This document shows positions 44,180-55,669 of a stretch of DNA of 64,000 bases, one piece after another. The notes under the pieces are model-generated. The model ran no database searches. It was given only the letters and a program-made list of their open reading frames with translations, and was not told where the DNA came from. The stretch's first letter is position 1. Every line of letters starts with the position of its first letter. A program made the position numbers and the translations under genes. The stretch lies in NCBI GenBank assembly GCA_951406725.2, contig OX597821.1:28520001-28584000 (forward strand). The letters run 5' to 3'. This stretch comes from Octopus vulgaris (lineage: Eukaryota).

Positions 44180-45690
44180 ACAAGCCAACTATTTTATAGG
44201 AGAAAGACAATGAAGAGTTTCAAGGCATATTAACTACTGTGAAAGCATTCAGTGATGACATCTCGATGGAGTTAGATTTGATAATTGTGCTAAGACCCAC
44301 TTTGACGAAAGGGTAATTGCTAAACTCAGATTCAGTCTGATTAGATTTTGAATACAGTTATAACAGATATTGAGCATAAATGGAGGCTCTGGCATTCGGG
44401 ATGCAAACATGAAAGAGAAGAATCATTAGAAGTGAGCACGAGCAATTCTGAAATGTGAGCTAAATGCACATGACAAGGTGTTAGCCATAAATACACATAA
44501 GAAAGTGTTAGCCATAAATTCCTTAGCAGTTTCAATTATTACTTATAGCTTCAATGTGTTGAACCGAAATATCTGAGAATTAAATAAAATTAATAGAAAA
44601 ATTCGTAAGCTGCTGACTTATAATAAGTTACAACTCTCAAAGGCACTCATTGGTCGTCTTTACCTACCTAAAGTGCAAGATGGTCGAGGACGGATACAGT
44701 TTGAATTTTCTTACAAACACCACAAAAATTGAACTGGCCTAATATCTTGAAACATTTAACAACTGGATGCAAAACTCATTGAAAATACAAGAGGTGTAAA
44801 AATCTTCATTCTATCTTGAAGGAGAGCAAACAATTTGCTACCCAGGCTGAACGGCCTGAATGAAGTGAGGCAAGTTTTCCTGCAAAGAATAGTAACGTTG
44901 TAAAGTTGTGATTTGTAAAATTAATGGTAAAGAAAAAAAAGCGCATGAACCGCTGCTTGGCGAATACGTTGCTTGTAGCAAACAAGCTAATCTCTTTATA
45001 TATAAACGGCAAATTGTCTGCATGTGTGTCCTTTATACAAATCCAGAATTGTTCAGTTAGAGGGCTCGCACATTCTATGGACATTCAAAACCATCCAATG
45101 GTGGTCGTGTACATCTTTACATTTCCCCAGTCGCCCCGCAAAGCCATTAAAAAATCAATAGAAGTAACATTTTTGTGAATTTTCTATCCAAAACCCAGTC
45201 AAAATGCCCAAAACTTGATACGCCAATTGAATGCCAGCTAGATGTATGTGATTGGTTGGAGATTTGGACAGTACTCTCGTGTATGTGCGCACGCAGCTGT
45301 ATATGCATCCACTAGCACCATGACCCGGCGTTGCCGGGTCATGGTGCTAGTGCTGAATAAAAGCACACCGATAAGCAGCTGCAAAGCTCAGGGCTAAAGG
45401 CAGAGGGCGAAGGTTTCACCTTAGCTGCTTAAGGGCAAAGCGTACTGACCTGAAACTACCAAACTGATGTGATGACAAGTGGGCAGACACAAAGTGCCGA
45501 TTCTGCAATAATGACATTGAAACAATTGGCCACTTAATCTTTGGATGTAAAATTTTAGTACCAGTAAAGTATGAATCAAGATATGACACACGTGAGAAAT
45601 ATTTACACTGGTTAATAAATCGAAATTATAAAATCAAAATAGTTGACAAGTTGGGAAGAGCATGTTGCTGAGAGAAAAATTACATCCCAT
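44180..45690 (+). mobile_element. Old Dong/R4-like LINE remnant interrupted by a Helitron
   Basis: Pieces VKAFSDDISME, RAILKCELNAHDKVLAIN, GRGRIQ, PLLGEY, LQSSGLKAEGEGF and KCRFCNNDIETIGHLIFGC parallel the ORF at 480-1853. Confidence 0.75.
44991..45350 (+). mobile_element. Non-autonomous Helitron (360 bp)
   Basis: Begins A|TCTCTTTATATATAAA and ends in a GC-rich hairpin then CTAG|T, with no TSD. Removing it rejoins the host LINE reading frame (CSKQAN-AE). Confidence 0.85.
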
Positions 45691-45816
45691 GTAATCTTTT
45701 TTGTACATAATTTTATCTTAGTTTGAAATTGAATAATCTGGTGTGTCTATTTTAATGGTCTATCAACATACATTAAGTCGGAACGGCACGTTGCAAGAAA
45801 TGGAAGATATATACGT

Positions 45817-45818
45817 GA

Positions 45819-45864
<46 letters not shown>

Positions 45865-45997
45865 TGTAGTAGTTGTTGTTGTTGTTGTTGTTGTTCTTCT
45901 TCTTCTTCTTCTTCTTCTTCTTGTGGTGGTGGTGGTGGTGGTGGTGGTGGCGGTAGTGGCGGTGGCGGCGGCGGTGGTGGTGGTATTTGTTGTAGTA
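45817..45997 (+). repeat. Compound trinucleotide microsatellite (TAG/TTG/CTT/GTG/GCG)
   Basis: Seen directly in the sequence. Confidence 0.9.
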
Positions 45998-46344
45998 GCA
46001 ACACTAGTTTTCAATATTTCAACGAGTATTGGGTTGCTAAAAGCTTTAGAGATTGAGGACTTAATTACTGAGCCATTACGTTGTAATTTCAAATCTTGCT
46101 TGCAATCATTTTTATCTTTCATCCTTGTCAGTCAATAAATTTAGAAATCAGTGAAATACTGAGGATTAACAAAATTAATCGATGCCTTTCCTATAAACAA
46201 ATATACCCGCTCTCGTAAGTATGCGAGAAATCAGTATTTAAGATCATGAGTTATTATAACTATTCACGAGAAAATAATTAATTGTTCAGATGTTAGTGTT
46301 TGCAAACCCATCACTACGAACATTAGTTTAAGTATTAGTATCAG

Positions 46345-47635
46345 AAACGGAGGTGGAAAGGCCGAATTGTAAGAGCTTCTGAAAACATGCTTCAGGCCCT
46401 TTGGATTCTGAGTTCAAATCCTGCCAAAGTCGAATTTGTTGTTCAATCTTCCGGGCTTGACGCTAGGGTCATTGTAATCGATTAAATCCCTTCCACCTCA
46501 AAGGTGTTGGCATTGTGCCTAAATCGGAAACCATTACCTTTATTGAAAGAATCACCAAAATTAATAGTTACAGTCGTAGCAATAAACTTTTCTCAGTTTT
46601 GGTACAAAATTAGTAATATTTTCAGGTGATGGAGTAAGGATATTATCCCGAGCCCAGTGCTATACTTGCATTTATTTGTCGACCTTGAATTGATTAGAGA
46701 TAAATTAGAGTTTGGGGTGGCTTTTGAACTCAGGACGTAAAGAGGCGGGAAGATGATGCTAACTGTTCTGCCGGCGTGCTGTTTTATTGTCGTCGTGACA
46801 ATCTTTTCTGCTACTGAAAGTGGCAAGGTGGCAAAACCGTTAGCCCGCCGGTCAAAATTCTTAGAACCATTTTATTCAGGGTCCAAATTCCCCTGATGAC
46901 GGCTTCACGTTTCGTGGTCCAGAACATAAATACCAGTTAAACTCTGGAGTTAATGCAATCGATTAATCCCTTTCTCTCGAAATTGCTGGGTTTGTGTCAA
47001 GATTTGAAATCAATAGTCCTTTCTGCTATAGGTACAACGCCAGAAATTTTAATGCGGTGAGCTGGCAGAAGCGTTAGTACGCCGGGCGAAATGCTTAGCG
47101 GTGTTTCGTCTACCGCTACGTTCTGAGTTCAAATTCCGCCGAGGTCGACTTTGCCTTTCATCCTTTCGGAGTCGATTAAATAAGTACCAGCTACGCACTA
47201 GGGTCGATATAATCGACTTAATCCGTTTGCCTGTCCTTGTTTGTCCTCTCTGTGTTTAGCCTCTTGTGGGTAGTAAAAGAAATAGTATTTCGTCTGCCGC
47301 TACGTTCTGAGTTCAAATTCCGCCGAGTTCGACTTTGCCTTTCGTCCTTTCGGGGTTGATTAAATAAGTACCAGTTACGCACTGGGGTGGATATAATCGA
47401 CTTAATCCCTTTGTCTGTCCTTGTTTGTCGCCTCTGTGTGTAGCCCCCTGTGGGTAGTAAGGAAATAAGAAATTTTAGGGAGCGATTCTAATCTATTACA
47501 TCGACCTTATTGTTCGACTGGTACTAATTTTATCGATGTCGAAAAGAAAAGTAAATCTCAGCGGCATTTGAACTAAGAACGTAAAGATCCGGAAAAACTG
47601 GCGTGCTAAATATTCCACCAGCTGGCTGCCTTTTG
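46345..47635. mobile_element. Cluster of five family B SINE copies in both orientations; the best preserved (47053-47465 +) has an internally duplicated body
   Basis: Repeated GAGTTCAAATTCCGCCGAGGTCGACTTTGCCTTTCATCCTTTCGG...AAATAAGTACCAG (Meta-domain-like). ~47104-47283 is duplicated at ~47288-47467. Confidence 0.85.
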
Positions 47636-48663
47636 CTGTTATAACAATCAGAGCATTGATACTAATTATCTTGCTGCTATCATTGTTGTAAAAGTGTGAT
47701 GATGTACTCATAGTCGGCTGTGTAAGGTTTAACAGCTCACCTTCACTTCAAGTCTGCCCTATATATTGTTTATGAGTATGTTTTACCAGATTTGGCTTGA
47801 AACACATTTTCAGAAGACTCACTACTACTACTATTATTACTACTAGGTTGCGGCTGCTGTTGCTGCTGCAGTTGTTGCCTGTGATGTTTTTTGTTAGTTC
47901 ATTTTTGTGTGATTTGTTTGGAAACTTCTTTAAGTCAGGGAATAAAACATTGACTCCAAGATCACGTTTATCAAGTTATAAATATACTTTATCAGACAGT
48001 CGTTTGAAATATTATCAGGACTGAGAGTTGTGATAGAGAAGCAAAAGTAATACATAAGTTTTATAATAATAGCTTGGTTAGGAGGATATCCTGCTAACGC
48101 TATTGTGTTTGTTTAATCAAGCTTAATGTGAAGGTTTCGTGCAAGTGATACTAATGTTGAAAGCGAACAAAACATGGAAATAACGGTCAAATATCAAGAA
48201 GTTATCTCAGAAGAGAGTAACAAAACAGGAGAGAGAGAGAGAAAGAAGCAAAAAGAAAGACACATATAGAGAGAAAGAAAGTAAGGGAGTGAGAGAGAGA
48301 CAGAGAGAGTAAAGCGGAAGAAAACCAGTATAATACTGAAAGAAATACAATGGTTGAAGAGATAAGGAAGTAGAAATGTGGAGCAGTGTTTGATACGAAG
48401 ATATTAAATCTAGTTTGTGGTAGAATATAATTAGAATGTGATTGTTTGTCAAGCGAAATTGAGCAAGTTGACGCTTGTGCGTGATTTCTTTGACTTCATG
48501 AGACTTACCGAATTGAGATTAGTAACCATACAGTACAGGTTCGTAATTATTCCACAGACTGCAAAATAAAACTCATTATCGTGCTAAGGTTATATATACA
48601 TACATTAATACACACGTGCACGCACACACACACAAGTGTATATTTGTATTTATGTGTTTATGC

Positions 48664-48757
<94 letters not shown>

Positions 48758-48786
48758 TTATATATATATATGTGTGTGTGTGTGTG

Positions 48787-48844
<58 letters not shown>

Positions 48845-49863
48845 AAGCGATAAGTGGATAGGTAGATTAGCTTCTATTGCATTTGTATGTTAATCTCCAA
48901 TCTTCCACAGGTGTACCTCGAAAGTGACAGCGAAAATGTTTTTGAGTTCCCTATGGAGTTTTTTTCTTAAATTGTTCATTCGCTTATTGGCTGTATTTCG
49001 TAATGATACGGATATATTACGTCTTGCTAATTAGGATAAAGTGATATTCACACCTTGGCTATAACAGACTCAAGTAATATATATGTATATTTGATTTATT
49101 TTTAACCTCGTTCAGGAATAACGATTATGATTATGGAGAATCGTCGTTTCAGTTGATTTCTGTAAATCATTATTGAAACGAGACAGTAAGGCGTCAGTGA
49201 AGTTGCTAGAAATAGCAGCCATACTTTTTCTTCTTCCAAAATCAAAAAAAGATGGTGTAAGCTGGGATATGTTCTTTCTTATTTAATTGATTAAAAAGAG
49301 TAAATTTATTGCAAATAGTTCTTCATTGATTCATGGCGAGAGGAGCAGTAATTTGGTGAGTATCTCACCGCGAGTAATGGGACGGAATTCTTGCAACAGG
49401 ATTGACGGGGTTAAAGTCACTCAGTGATGATATACCCGAAGAGAAAGAGAAAGCCTTCCACCCAAAGCGAGGACCGCTCCCTTTGGTAGGTTACCACACA
49501 GTTTCCATCCATCCAAAATTACTCAAGACTCGAGGCCTGTTTTATATATTTGAAAATGAAGTGGCAAAATAGACATATATCTTGTGGAATTTATATACAT
49601 CCATTTACATTCCATTTCTTCGAAGACAAAATTAATCTTCTTTGCCTTAAAGTTTGATAAACTAAAGACTTTACAAGTTTAAGTCATTGTCATCGTGTTA
49701 TTGACTATACATTTACCACAAATTCAGATACTCTTTCTATTCTGGAACTGAATTCTTCTGTTATTACCATTGTATCATGTATTTTACATTGGGAAGGCAT
49801 CCTTTTAAAGGTTTCAGTAATAGATCAGCTTATCGACTGCATGAATTTCCTAACCACTCGCTG

Positions 49864-50170
49864 TGGAGGAACATGCCCTAATGGTTAGAGCAGCGGATTC
49901 GCGGTAGGGAGATCGCAGTTTCGAATCTCAGACCGGGTGATGTGAGTGTTTATGAGCGAAACACCTAAGCTCCACGTGGCTCCGGCAGAAGGTAATGGCG
50001 AACTTCTGCTGACTCCTTCGCCACAACTTTCTCTCACTCTTTCCTCCTGCATCTTGCAGCTCACCTGCGACAGACCGGCGTCCCGTCAAGGTGGGGAACA
50101 TATACGCCAAGAAACCGGAAACCGGGAAACCGGCCCTTATGATCCAGGAATGGCTCGAGAAGGAACCAAA
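49864..50170 (+). mobile_element. tRNA-derived SINE family C
   Basis: A-box-like TAATGGTTAGAG and B-box-like GTTTCGAATC. Homologous to 55040-55396(-). Confidence 0.8.
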
Positions 50171-50821
50171 GACAAAGACTAACCGCTCGCTGCATCCACT
50201 TCCTTTTCGGTGGGTGAAGAGTTGTTCTGATAGGGTCTCCACATCTTTACCTGAAATGCCACGTTGTTGATTCCAAGAAAAAAGAAACAGATAGAATAGT
50301 TAACTGGTATCATCATTATGGACCTCACAATATGAAAGATAAAGTCGACATGGAAGGAATATCCAGATCGAAATTAACCGTAAATAATACTGCTGCTACC
50401 AACTCTCCCTAATGATTTGAAACGTAATAAGAGCAAGCAATTGTTTCTTATATAGACACAGAGCCAGCAGTTTTGAGGTGAGTGTTAGCGGTTAGTACCG
50501 TCGACGAGTGTTCTTCAATGAAATTTTATTTTAGCAGACACGTGGGCATGAAACACAAAATTGATCCCACCTAGATTTGAACTCCAAAAGTAGACACGAA
50601 ATGAATGAAGCAAATAATTTTCCGATGCTCTCATGATTCAGCAATCGTTATGTCTATCGTCCATTATAATCTGACTGTTTAAATGGCTGCTTTTGATTTG
50701 CCTTGGTACTATGATATCAGATTGATATATTGTTGGCCCCTTCACCATAAAAAAGTGATAGTGTTACGTGTTTTAATGAAGAAAACTGGGATGTTTGTTA
50801 TTCTATCGCACGGCATTCATT

Positions 50822-50874
<53 letters not shown>

Positions 50875-51001
50875 CAAATATATATAATATATGTGTGTGT
50901 ATGTGTACAATATATTATATATATATTTGTATACAAATACATATATATATATATATATATGTATGTGCGGGAATATATATACATATATATATATATATAT
51001 A

Positions 51002-51072
<71 letters not shown>

Positions 51073-51543
51073 TGTATATTTCATAAGAATGTAAATATTC
51101 AAAAAAATCAATAAGGATATTAAAATTCTATTTTAAAAATGAATAATAAATATTTTGCAAATAATATGCTTCGCACTTTCATATTATTTATAACAGTATC
51201 TGGAATCCTTTTTCTTCCAGGATTAAGATTTAATGAATAATAAATGATGGATTAATCGAAAGGAAATTGCATAAATAATTTTTTTCTGTGTTTGTTTTTA
51301 TAACAGATGACTGTAGAATATGCAATATAGTACTTGAGAAAATCTTTATAATTAATTCAAAACGTGTATGTCAGGAATTTTAAAAATGCAATATCCTGAA
51401 AAGAATAAGGAAATAATAAAATTGCATATCAAACTGTTTGTGTTATGAAAGATCGCTCTTAACAGAATACAAATAGATGTACGTAGATTATTGACGATTT
51501 TTTTTCTCTGTCTTCATTTTATCTTGGACTTTCCTCCGTCTCC

Positions 51544-51580
51544 TGTTTCTGAAGAAGAGATTTGCTCGAAACGTAAAACA
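51544..51580 (+). ncRNA. Minimal type I hammerhead ribozyme, intact core
   Basis: UGUUU-CUGAAGA-A-GAG(AUUUG)CUC-GAAA-CG-UA-AAACA. 5 bp stem I, 3 bp stem II, ACGU palindromic helix III. Confidence 0.8.
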
Positions 51581-51709
51581 CCATTTTTTTACCTTCCCTG
51601 TGCATCTTTTAATACTTTGTATGTACCACGTACTTGCGTTGTTGTTGTGTATTTCTTGCTGTATTTTTCCTTCGTGTGTCTGTATTAATGATATATATAT
51701 ATATATATA

Positions 51710-52332
51710 GTTTGTTAGAAAATCTGTGTCCGAGCTAGAAGCAGTATAGGAACCAAAATGTAATGCTCTTAGCTATTTTAATGTGGCTATCTTCTACGTG
51801 TCTACGATACTTCCATTTAACCCGAGGATGACATCTACAGCAACTATATTCAGTGCGCTTCTCTCACCCACTATCTGTTGCAAGCAGGAGATAACGCCTG
51901 TCACTCAGACTTCAAGATAACCAGACCGCGCGGTTTCGATCTGTATTGGATATCTTTAGTGGTGCGTACTCGTTGTCAGGTTGGCAGCAGTTTCTCTCAC
52001 TCTCAATATATAGAACAACAGAGTGTAAAATTTTGTAGCTAGGAAACTAGTCCGTTAGAAAATCTCTGTTCGAGATAGAAGCCGTATACGAACCAAAATG
52101 TATTGCTTATAGCCACTTTGTATACTGCGCTTTCGAACAAAGATTTCCTACGGACTAGTTTCCTAGTTACAAAATCAATTATTCAATTACACCGTGTTTT
52201 CTAGTAATTGAGAGTGAGAAAATCTGCTGCAATGCCGGGCAACGAGTAACCACCACCGAGGATGTCCAATAAAGATGGAAACCACGTGGGCTTGAATACT
52301 GGGTGACATGAGTTATCACCAACTTGCAATAA
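51710..52332 (-). mobile_element. ORF-less element: ~340 bp unit with terminal direct repeat plus an inverted partial copy, two degenerate hammerheads, in (TA)n
   Basis: 51714-51779 is repeated at 52054-52119. 52120-52330 is inverted relative to ~51878-52089. Hammerhead-like motifs at 51920-51963(-) and ~52252-52295(+). Confidence 0.8.
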
Positions 52333-52333
52333 A

Positions 52334-52379
<46 letters not shown>

Positions 52380-52470
52380 CACACACACAAATATATGTAC
52401 ATATATATATATGTATATACATATATAAATATATGTACATGTATATATATATATATATTTTATACATAAG

Positions 52471-52538
<68 letters not shown>

Positions 52539-52576
52539 TCACTTCAAAATTTGATACTGATTAGAAGATCGAAAAT

Positions 52577-52620
52577 CCACCTGAAGATTGTCGGTAGCAG
52601 ACATAAAACATCTGTAGTGG
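52577..52620 (+). ncRNA. Degenerate hammerhead motif in a short TA-flanked repeat (52537-52790)
   Basis: CCAC-CTGAAGA-T-TGTC(GGTAGCA)GACA-T-AAAA-CATCTG-TA-GTGG. Stems pair, but GAAA is mutated to AAAA. Confidence 0.6.
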
Positions 52621-52789
52621 CGGTTTATTTAATTCATATTAAAATTTTATGTATTGATTAAGTCTTTCCTTGTTTGGTTTTAAAATAGTGGTTTTGTCTC
52701 GAATTATATTATATAATATTTTACTATAAAATTGGATTTAACCCTAAATCTGATTTTTCCCTGTAATTTTGGATTCATTCCCTAATATT

Positions 52790-52829
<40 letters not shown>

Positions 52830-52830
<1 letters not shown>

Positions 52831-52940
52831 TACGACGGGCGTCTTTCAGTTTTCCGTCTACCAAATCCACTCACAAGGCATTGGTTGGCCCGAGGCTATA
52901 GTAGAAGACACTTGCTCAAGGTGCCACGCAGTGGGACTGA

Positions 52941-52943
<3 letters not shown>
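52830..52943 (-). mobile_element. SINE family A fragment
   Basis: Reverse complement of the family A head/CORE-like region. Confidence 0.85.
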
Positions 52944-52980
<37 letters not shown>

Positions 52981-52981
<1 letters not shown>

Positions 52982-53122
52982 TTTACATTATTTACATTTG
53001 GCGGATACTTGTCCTCATCTTGTTTGTTGTTAAGACAACGTATCGGCTAATATACCCTCCAGCTTTCATCATGTCTTGGGTAAATTTCGCACCTGGGTTC
53101 TCATTCCTAAGGTATTTTACGA
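52981..53122 (-). mobile_element. Second copy of the 12045-12184 hammerhead-bearing repeat
   Basis: Colinear with 12045-12184. Core more degenerate (ATGATGA / GATA). Confidence 0.7.
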
Positions 53123-53130
53123 TGTTGTTG

Positions 53131-53212
<82 letters not shown>

Positions 53213-53354
53213 CATCATTATCATAAAAGAAGGACTATGCACACACCTTATATAGGTTTGGAATATTCTATATCGTGTTTGTCGACCCCTTTCGCTAATC
53301 AGGACATTGCAATTATTGTAATTTCCTATTTTTCTAAAGAAGATTTTAGTCTAT

Positions 53355-53622
53355 GTTGCAACAGGTGGACACAGGTGTCTTCAGAAGGGAACTAGACATC
53401 CTCCTTTCCACAATACCAGATGAACCAAGGGCCCGACATGAGGTGCAATGGAGGGCAGCAGAATCAAACTCCGTTATACACCAAATGGGCCAATAGCTGG
53501 GACAGAGGCACTTACAGGAGTGGTGATGTGTAACACTCCAGAGTGAGGAACGTAGAAGAACCACGGTGATGCTCCAGTATGACCGCAGCCGCATTGCTGA
53601 AACGAGTAAAAGAGTAAACGAG
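53355..53622 (+). mobile_element. 3' end of a CR1/L2-like LINE sharing its tail with SINE family A
   Basis: Translation FRRELDILLSTIPDEP...RAAESNSVIHQ, followed by GCTCCAGTATGACCGCAG...CTGAAACGAGTAAAAGAGTAAA. Confidence 0.6.
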
Positions 53623-53674
<52 letters not shown>

Positions 53675-55039
53675 CTATTGAGAGAGAGAGAATTGTGTGC
53701 GATTGTGTGATGTGTGTATGTGCGTTTGTATGTGTTTGGGGAAGCGCGTGTGTGCGTGTGTGTGTGCGTGTTACCTGCCTGCCTTAGGCATTCGGTCATT
53801 TGGTGCAACAGTAGAAAAATCCTGGTCACATGAAGATGCCTTGGACATTTTTGAACATTTTTTAAGCATAGAGAGAAAAATGTCAATGCAGGAAAGAAGG
53901 GAACTGATGCATTACATATAAGTTTTTCCTCTTCGCCCCCGAAAAAAAAATTGAAGGCAAAATAAACTTCGGTCTTATTTAAGTTTAGAACACGTACTCA
54001 CACACCGATTTTTCCGCCAGACTTTCTAGGCGCAGAAAACATACAGAGCCTAGCGGTAGACATTTACACTAGTGGCGATGCGTTTAGTTTCTCTTTTCCG
54101 TGTCCCTTCCACTAGATGTGTTGCTGTCTCGAAATATAAAATAACTGTGGTTGATCATACAACGAAAGCATTCTTGGTATACTATACATTTCACTCTAAA
54201 TAATGCATTCATGTTAATTCTCGCATTAAAGTCAGATGGACAGATGTTATGTTTAAATTATGACCGTCAACATCAAAGCCGCTGAACTAATGTTGGAAGT
54301 TTATTAATTAAGGTTATACTTATTAATAAATTAAATCTTTCTATCAGCAACAGAAAATCCCACCACCACCACTGATCAGAGATAAGTTCAATCTTCATTT
54401 TTGTCTTGAAACACGCTGTATAGGAGCGAGAGTTTGAAGTGAAGACAAGCATTTTCCTCTTTGTTTTATCTTTTTATTGCAGATACATATACACATACCT
54501 ATACACACTTAGACGCATGTACACTCACACTCACATATATACATAGATAAATACCCATACAAGTAGACATACTCGTACATTCACGCACAATATATTGCTA
54601 GATAATTAATTAATATGAATTTTATATAATCTAATAAACACATTATATCAAGATTTATAACCACTAATTAATTAATTTTTAAACACGAAGATAATTAATA
54701 TATCACACAGGGTGAGGTTGACGAAAGAAGCTATATTTTCAATCTGATTTCGAATTCTCGTTAACATTGCAACCTCATTTAGGTTATGAATCGGTAGAGC
54801 GTTTATCTCCACTACTTACCAAATGTTTTTTTTTTTAAATTAGGCGTAATGTTAAACAACTGGCAAACCAGTCACCCACGTAAACAATTATTATCGTCCA
54901 CCAGAATAATTACTGTAATAACAATGAAAGCAATAATGCCATCTACCACAACAACAAAATGTAAGCACAAATATTATAAGGACCACAGCACAAACACAAC
55001 AGAAGAAAGACAAGAACAACTGCAGTAACAACAGCAATA

Positions 55040-55396
55040 AGGAGGAGCACTCCGTCGGTTGCGACGATGAGGGTCCCAGCTGATACGATCAACGGAACAG
55101 CTTGCACTCCACAGACACGTGTACCCTTAACGTACTTCTCGAGGAGATTCAGCGTGACACACAGAATGTGACAAGGCTGGCCCTTTGAAATACAGGTACA
55201 AGAGAAACAGGAAGAAAGGGCGAGAGAAAGTTGTGGTGAAAGAGTACAGCAGGGTTCACCACCACCCCTGCCGGAGCCTCGTGGAGCTTTAGGTGTTTTC
55301 GCTCAATAAACACTCACAATGCCCGGTCTGGGAATCGAAACCGCGATCCTCCGACCGCGGGTCCGCTGCCCTAACCACTGGGCCATTGCGCCTCCA
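55040..55396 (-). mobile_element. tRNA-derived SINE family C
   Basis: Minus strand reads GGAGGCGCAATGGCCCAGTGGTTAGGGCAGCGG...GGTTTCGATTCCCAGACCGGG. Confidence 0.85.
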
Positions 55397-55669
55397 ACAA
55401 CAGCAATAATAGGAATATGAACGTGAGACAAAGTAACAAACACCATTAACTTTGTTGTAATTTGAAACTGAACTCATCTGATACAGTACACATTGAAAGA
55501 CAAAGATTAAATCGAAAAAATTGAATAGAAATTTCAGAATTTCCAAACATCGAAATACAGTTTTCTGTTGATGATGTGGTAGTCGTCTAAAAGACACAAA
55601 AGTGTTAAATCCCATGTAACGTCGGGGGTTTTGAGAAAAATATCGGACAAATAAATTTTCGAAGAATTA

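Noticed and set aside
49864-55396. tRNA-like heads at 49864 and 55396
   Set aside because: They continue into shared SINE bodies and lack a complete cloverleaf, so they are SINEs rather than tRNA genes.
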